From NCBI GenBank assembly GCA_963741075.1, contig CAVUGS010000009.1, positions 142,308 through 206,307 on the forward strand: a stretch of 64,000 nt of DNA, given 5' to 3'. Below are positions 58,207 to 64,000 of this stretch, piece by piece. The DNA is from an uncultured Thermoleophilia bacterium (GTDB lineage Bacteria; Actinomycetota; Thermoleophilia; UBA2241). Position 1 is the stretch's first letter; every line of letters starts with the position of its first letter. Both the position numbers and the translations under genes were made by a program. The notes beneath the pieces are model-generated. The model had not been told where the DNA came from. It made no database searches and saw only the letters and a program-made list of their open reading frames with translations.

Positions 58207-60420
58207 ACCATGTTCAAACGCGTGACTATCGTTGCGCTCGTTGTGGCCGCCTTCGTGTTGCTGATGGCGGTGCCCGCCATGGCCTTCAACGGCTATCGCG
58301 GCGACTACACGACGAGCGAGGGCGTGCGCGGTCTGCCACAGCGAGCGATCGCCGGCATTCCGCGCCGTGTATCCCGACGTGGGTCGAGACCGAAGCACGC
58401 CGATGGCGGGCGCCGACGGTCAGGCCGACGCGTCTTCCGTACGGCTCGGTCTGCGCGGGCTGCCACACGTCGAACTTCGATCCGTCCAAGGTCGTCCCGA
58501 CGCCGACGGCGACCGCGGCCAACGGCACCGTCTCGTGGGCTGCCGCCAACGGCATCCCGACGGAGCCCGCAGACCAGTCGGGTCGGCGATGCCGTCCTCT
58601 CGGAGAACTTCGTCGGCTGCTCGTCGTGCCACTACGGCGCGAACGCCGGCGGTGACCTCGCTCAGTTCGGCGACGACGCCAACGACACGGCGCACAACGG
58701 CTCCGTACGGCAACATGGCCAACGCCGAGATCTGCGGCGCAGTGCCACTCGCGCTACTCCTACACGACGAACACCTACGCCGTGCAGCCGGTGCCGTACC
58801 TCAAGGTCACGACGCCGCTGCCGGGTACGCCGATCCCGAACCCGAGCCCGACGACGCTGATCCAGCCGCAGATGGCGATCGGCTACCCGATGCTCGGGTC
58901 GCCGTCACCGACTCCGGCCTGGAGTCCCGACTCGCTGGCACTACCTCAACGTCCCGCAGCCGGGCTGGACGCCGACGCCGAATCCGGCGGCCACCTCGGC
59001 CGGCTCGGTCGGCTCCAGACCTACTGGCAGATCGACGGCCAGGACACGCCGTGTGGCAGCAACCGGCCACGACGGCAGCGCCGAGCAGTATCCCGAGTGG
59101 GCGAGCGAGGGTCACGCCAACGCGGCGCTCACGCACCTCAAGGCCGTCATGGGCCCGAACCCGCCGGCTCAGTGCCTCGAGTGCCACTCGGCCGACTACC
59201 GCATCGTGACGGAGCGGGCAAGCCAAGCCCACCGGCGCTACAGGCCAAGTACGGCGTCACCTGCGTCGGCTGCCACACGCCGCACGACGCGGGCACGGCC
59301 AAGGGCGCTGGACGAGGAGTTCACGCCCGCAGCTCGCGGCACCGGACGAGCCACGAACGACCTGTGCGTCGAGTGCCACAACGGCGAGATCCCCGAGGGC
59401 ACCACGGCCGCGCCGGGCACCGAGATCCATCATCCGATGAAGGAGATGATGGACGGCTACGGCGCCATCGACGTGTCCGCGTTCCCGAGCGTCCACAAGG
59501 GCAAGTGCGTCCAGTGCCACATGCCGCCGACGACGCATCAGCCGCGGCGACGTGCAGCTGGGTGGCAACCACACGTTCAACATCATCGAGCCGGCAGGAC
59601 GCCAACGAGCGCGCCGATCCCGAGTCCCGCGACCGCCGTCGCTACCACGACCCCGTCGCCGGCGGCACGCCGTGATCACCACCACGTCGACGGTCGGCGA
59701 CGGCATGCCGTTCTCGGCCTGCAGCACCTGCCACAACACCGGCCGACAGCCGGAGCCGTGACGTCGACGACGCGCCGCGCCAGTCCGTGACGTCTCGCAG
59801 GACCACGCATCGCCACGGCAGCGGCACAGGATGTGGACAGGCACGCTCGAAGATCGACCGAGATCAAGGGCGAGTCGCTCGACGCTGGCGCGCCGTCCAC
59901 TCGGCTACGCCGACACGGACGCCGCTCACACGGCTCTCGTGGCAATCCCGCAGAACCAGTGGACCACGGCCCAGCGCGCGTTCCTCAGCGGCTTCACGAA
60001 CGTCGAGTTCGTGGAGAGCGAGGGCAGCTTCGGCCTCCACAACTGGGACTACTCGAGGGAGATCGTCAACACGGCCATGTCGCAGGCGAAGATCGCCCAG
60101 ACGGGCGTCGTCGTCAAGCTCCCGTGGAACGTGACGCTCAGCCTCTCGAAGTCGAGCGTCAAGGCTGGCACCAAGGTCAAGTTCAGCGGCACCGTCGACC
60201 ACCGCCAAGGGCGTGGCCGGCGCAGGCACCGTCAAGATCATGAAGAGGATCAAGCGGCGTCTGGAAGGTGTGGTCAAGGACGCAGCTCAACTCGTCGGGC
60301 AACTACTCGCTCACCCAGAAGATGACCAGGAAGGGCACGTTCTACTTCCGCGCCCTCATGCCGGCGCGACTCCCTGAACCAGACGGCCAACAGCGCCAAG
60401 CGCAAGCTGGTCGTCAACTA
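58207..60420 (+). CDS. Exported multiheme c-type cytochrome (at least 9 CxxCH), many apparent frameshifts; C-terminal extent uncertain
   Basis: Signal peptide MFKRVTIVALVVAAFVLLMAVPAMAF. Heme motifs CAVCH, CAGCH, CSSCH, CG(Q)CH, CLECH, CVGCH, CVECH, CVQCH, CSTCH spread over three frames between 58300 and 59730. A possible non-heme C-terminal domain runs to the TAA at 60418. Confidence 0.6.
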
Positions 60421-60462
60421 AGACCATCTGACTCGAGCCCTCGGGCTCGGCTCTGATGCCGC

Positions 60463-60494
60463 GAAGGGCGGCCCCCGCGAGGGGGCCGCCCTTC
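60463..60494 (+). terminator. Rho-independent terminator-like GC hairpin after the cytochrome gene
   Basis: gaagggcggccccc-gcga-gggggccgcccttc followed by gtcatttcc. Confidence 0.6.
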
Positions 60495-60914
60495 GTCATT
60501 TCCGGGCCGGACGTGGCGCCGGTGCCGACGCCCGTTCGTCCGCCCGGACGGACGCCGTCCCCGACACGTCGCGACGGGCCCGAGTGTTGCCGATTCGGCT
60601 TCCGAAACGGCCAATTCGTTGCCGAACCCTACACTTCGCCGACGAAAGCCTGATAGACTGTCACGCGCGAGCCTCCCGCTCGCCCCGGCACTCCATCCGG
60701 GCCCGCAGCGGGCCCGGGAGCACGGCTCCCACGTCTCAGGGGGGACGAGACACGCATTGCGGGGTGATACGCAGACCAAGGTGACCACGCCCACGCTCTG
60801 ACCGAGCCACATCCCGCGCCGCCCCGCCGATCCTCGCGGCGGCGCCGTCAGCATCCGGTATCGCCGCCCTGACCGCAGGCCGAGGCGGCACAACTGTGAA
60901 GGAGAGCAACCCAC

Positions 60915-62296
60915 ATGGCAGAGTGCGTACCGAACCGCAAGCTCATCGCGGAACTCATGGAGAAGGAAGAGAAGAGGCTCGAGAACGAGACGCCGAAGTC
61001 GTACGAGCTCTACCAGCGCGCCATCAAGCACATGCCGATGGGCGTCGCCTCCACGTACCACGCGCGTGACCCGTACCCGATCTACTTCACCCACGGCAAG
61101 GGCCCGCACATCTGGAGCGTCGAGGGCAAGGAGATCGTCGACTTCCACAACGGCTACGGCTGCATGGTCCAGGGCCACGCCCACCCGCTCATCGTCGAGG
61201 CCATCCAGAAGCGCGCGCCGCTCGGCACGCAGTTCGGCCTGCCGACCGAGGACGCCATCATCATGGCCGAGCACCTCTCCGGCGCCTTCAAGCTCCCGCA
61301 GTGGCGCTTCGTCAACTCGGGCTCCGAGGCCACCATGGACGCCATCCGCGTCGCCCGCGCCTTCACCGGCCGCGAGCCCATCGTCAAGATGTTCGGCTCG
61401 TACCACGGCCATCACGACTACGTCATGGTCAGCATCGGCGCGCTCGACTACGGCAAGATCGGCCCGCGCGACGACTACGCGTCGCTCTCCTACGGCGGCG
61501 GCATCCCGCAGGGCTCGATCGACCTGACCATCCCGGTGCCGTTCAACGACATCGAGAACATGACCAAGCGCATCGAGCGCATGGTCGAGCGAGGGCAACC
61601 CGCCGGCCGCCCTCATCATGGAACCCGCGATGATGAACCTCGGCGTCGTGCTGCCCGAGCCCGGCTTCCTCGAGGGCGTGCGCGCGCTCACCAAGAAGCA
61701 CGGCATCGTGCTCATCTTCGACGAGGTCAAGACCGGCATCTGCACCGCCCGCGGCGGCGCGGTCGAGCGCTGGGGCGTCCTGCCCGACATGATCACGCCT
61801 CGGCAAGGCCATCGCCGGCGGCACCCCCTGCGGCGCCATCGGCGGCAGCGAGGAGATCATGGCCAAGGTCAACGACGGCACCGTCTTCCAGGTCGGCACC
61901 TACAGCGGCAACCCGCTCAGCATGGCGGCCGCCCGCGCCAGCTTGGAGCAGGTCATGACCGACGACGCCTACGCGCACCTCAACGACCTGAACGACCGCA
62001 TCATCGCCAAGTGCGACGCCGTCTGCGCGAAGTACGACTTCCCCGGCTACACCGTCGGCATCTCGTCCAAGGGCTGCGTCAACTTCGCCAGCGGCAAGAT
62101 CACCGACTACGAGTCGTTCATCAAGTACCAGGACAGCGAGCTCGTCGCCCTGGCGTGGCTGTACAACATCAACCGCGGCCTCATCATCGCCCCCGGCCGC
62201 GAAGAGGAGTGGACGCTCTCCATCACGCACACCGACGCGGACGTCGACCTCTTCGTCGACGCGTTCGAGGACCTCGTCCGCGACGTCACCGCCTGA
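60915..62296 (+). CDS. Class-III (GSA-aminomutase-like) PLP-dependent aminotransferase, 2-3 apparent frameshifts
   Basis: ...FHNGYGCMVQGHAHP..., FDEVKTG PLP-lysine motif, C-terminal ...SLEQVMTDD...EEEWTLSITHTDADVD in shifted frames. Confidence 0.7.
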
Positions 62297-62350
62297 GGCG
62301 GATCGCGGACGGGCCGGCCGCCGGGAGCGGCGCCGGCCGCGTGAACGCAG

Positions 62351-62383
62351 AAGGGGCGGGCGGCCGCGGGCCGCCCGCCCCTT
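62351..62383. terminator. Bidirectional terminator-like perfect 15-bp GC hairpin between convergent genes
   Basis: aaggggcgggcggcc-gcg-ggccgcccgcccctt. Confidence 0.6.
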
Positions 62384-62407
62384 CGTCGTCCTCAGCCGGA
62401 CGGGCCG

Positions 62408-63272
62408 TCACAGGCTCCGGCCGGCCGGCCTCCGTCGCGCCGGACCGGCGTCGCCGGCGTCCGGCTCGTCCACCATGTCGTCGAGCAGCTGGCTGACCTC
62501 CGCCCACACGCTGTCGCGGTGCGCCTGCAGCTCCTCGGCGTCTTCGGCGCGCGACTGCCGCTCCGCCTTGACGAGCAGCACGCCGGCGTCGGCGAGCTTG
62601 CCGAGGATGCTCACCACGGTGATCTCCTCGAGGTGGCTCGCCTGCGTGATCTCCTTGACGGTCCGCGCGCCGTCCACCTGCAGCAGCACGGCGAACTCGT
62701 CGCGGCCCATGAGCAGGGGGTTGCGCGGCAGGGTGTTGTAGTCGCCGTTGCGCACCAGCACGGTGGACGGCTGGCCGAGCATCTCGACGGCGAGGCAGTA
62801 CTCGCCCCCGAGGGCGCTGATGTCGAGCAGCACGGACTGGGTGTCGACGGTGATGAAGTCGACCGGCTGCGGCTCGGCGTCGACGACGAACACGAAGGTG
62901 CCCGCCGCCTCCAGCTTGGCGGCGACCAGCGTGTTGGCGATCTGCCGCGACAGCACCTCGCGCAGCGCGCCTTCGGCGACGGCGCCGTGGTCGACGAGGA
63001 TGGTCCCGACGGGCCGCGGCCGCACCTCCTGCTCCGCGAGCGCGGCCGTCCAGCTGCTGCTCGTTGACGAGCGACCGCTTGAGCAGCTGGCTGCCGATGA
63101 CGGTGTCGGCGGCGACGCGCGTGGAATCGCGGGTCTCGGCGATGCGACCCTGGGCGAAGTGGACGTCGATGAGCCGCTGCGGACACTCGATGTGCAGGGT
63201 GCCGGAGCGCCGCATCCTGCCGAGCATCTGCAGGATCTCGACGACGCCGAACGTATCAAGCGTGCCCTGCAT
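62408..63272 (-). CDS. DUF4388-domain protein, one apparent frameshift
   Basis: MQGTLDTFGVVEILQMLGRMRRSGTLHIE N-terminus (DUF4388-like), remainder in ORF 62408-63355. Confidence 0.5.
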
Positions 63273-63302
63273 ACTTCCACGAAGTCTATAATCGCGAGCC
63301 GA

Positions 63303-64000
63303 TGAACGTCGACCTCCACACGCACACCTATCCCGGCCTCGGACTGCTCCCGCATCTCCTACCGCGACTACATCGCCTGGTGCGTCGACAACGCCATCGA
63401 GGCGGTCGCCCTCACCAACCACGGCGACATCTCGGACAACCTGCGTCTGGGGCCGGCGCTGGCGGCCGAGGGCGTGCTGCTCATCGACGGGATCGAGATC
63501 AGCACGCTGTTCGGGGACTTCGTGATCTTCTCGCCCGACCTCGACTACCTGGAGACGCTGCGCAGCGTCCAGGACGCGCCGCGGGCCGGCGACCGTCCGG
63601 ACGACGCCGCCGTGGTCTGGGTGCACCCGGGCGCCGGCGGCGGACGCAGCGGCTCCGCCTACTACCCGGGCATCGAGCGCATGGTCGGCGGACGTCGTCG
63701 ACGCGGTGGAGGTCTACAACGGCTCCTGGCTCGGCGACCGCTACGTGCGGATCGCCGAGCAGATCGCCGCTCGAGCTGGGCGCGGCGCGCACCGGCGGCA
63801 GCGACGCCCACGACCCCGGCGACCTCATGATCGTGCTACACGGAGCTGCCCGACCCGGTCGCCTCGACCGCGGACGTGGTCCAGGCGCTCCGGCAGCGGG
63901 CGCACGATCCCGCACCGCCGCCGCGTCCCGGCGCCGCGGCGCCGCTTCGGACTCTTCTAGGAGGAGGCGCATGTGGACGCTCGAGGTGCAGACCCGGCAG
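63303..64000 (+). CDS. PHP-domain phosphoesterase, 3'-partial, apparent frameshifts
   Basis: MNVDLHTHTYPG (PHP HxH motif); further fragments GVLLIDGIEIS..., GSDAHDPGDL in other frames. Confidence 0.5.

Overview
A ~70% GC bacterial chromosomal segment, probably Actinobacteria-like (it carries a dnaK-hsp20-grpE-dnaJ-hspR heat-shock operon followed by clpC), densely coding on both strands. The centre (21.7-40.5 kb) is a methylamine/quaternary-amine methyltransferase island: four paralogous MtbB-type dimethylamine methyltransferase genes, each with an in-frame TAG at the position of the catalytic pyrrolysine. Each TAG is followed immediately by sequence still homologous to MtbB. There are also three MttB-superfamily genes; one has its own in-frame TAG at the MttB pyrrolysine position, and two are uninterrupted non-Pyl paralogs. 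A TetR regulator, two near-identical TTAGTTA-N6-TAACTAA operator-like palindromes ahead of mtbB copies 1 and 2, and a COG2984/4120/1101-type ABC uptake system sit in the same island. No corrinoid protein, pylT or pylSBCD was seen in the window. Other content: hdrCBA-like heterodisulfide reductase genes at the 5' edge, a LuxR response regulator, two tRNA-Thr genes, a peptide-catabolism cluster (C39-like peptidase, CocE/NonD hydrolase, dppABCDF-like ABC importer, beta-lactamase-family serine hydrolase), class II and class I fructose-bisphosphate aldolases, a CN hydrolase, MBL hydrolases, ligA, surE, a HAD hydrolase, GGDEF and GGDEF-EAL proteins, two D-Ala-D-Ala carboxypeptidases, an SGNH esterase, an AI-2E transporter, a large exported multiheme c-type cytochrome (at least 9 CxxCH), a class-III aminotransferase, and DUF4388 and PHP proteins. 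Caveat: at least 20 genes, including dnaK, grpE and clpC, carry apparent single-nucleotide frameshifts, and hdrA has a 10-bp tandem duplication. This looks like consensus or assembly error rather than real pseudogenes, so coordinates of disrupted genes are approximate.
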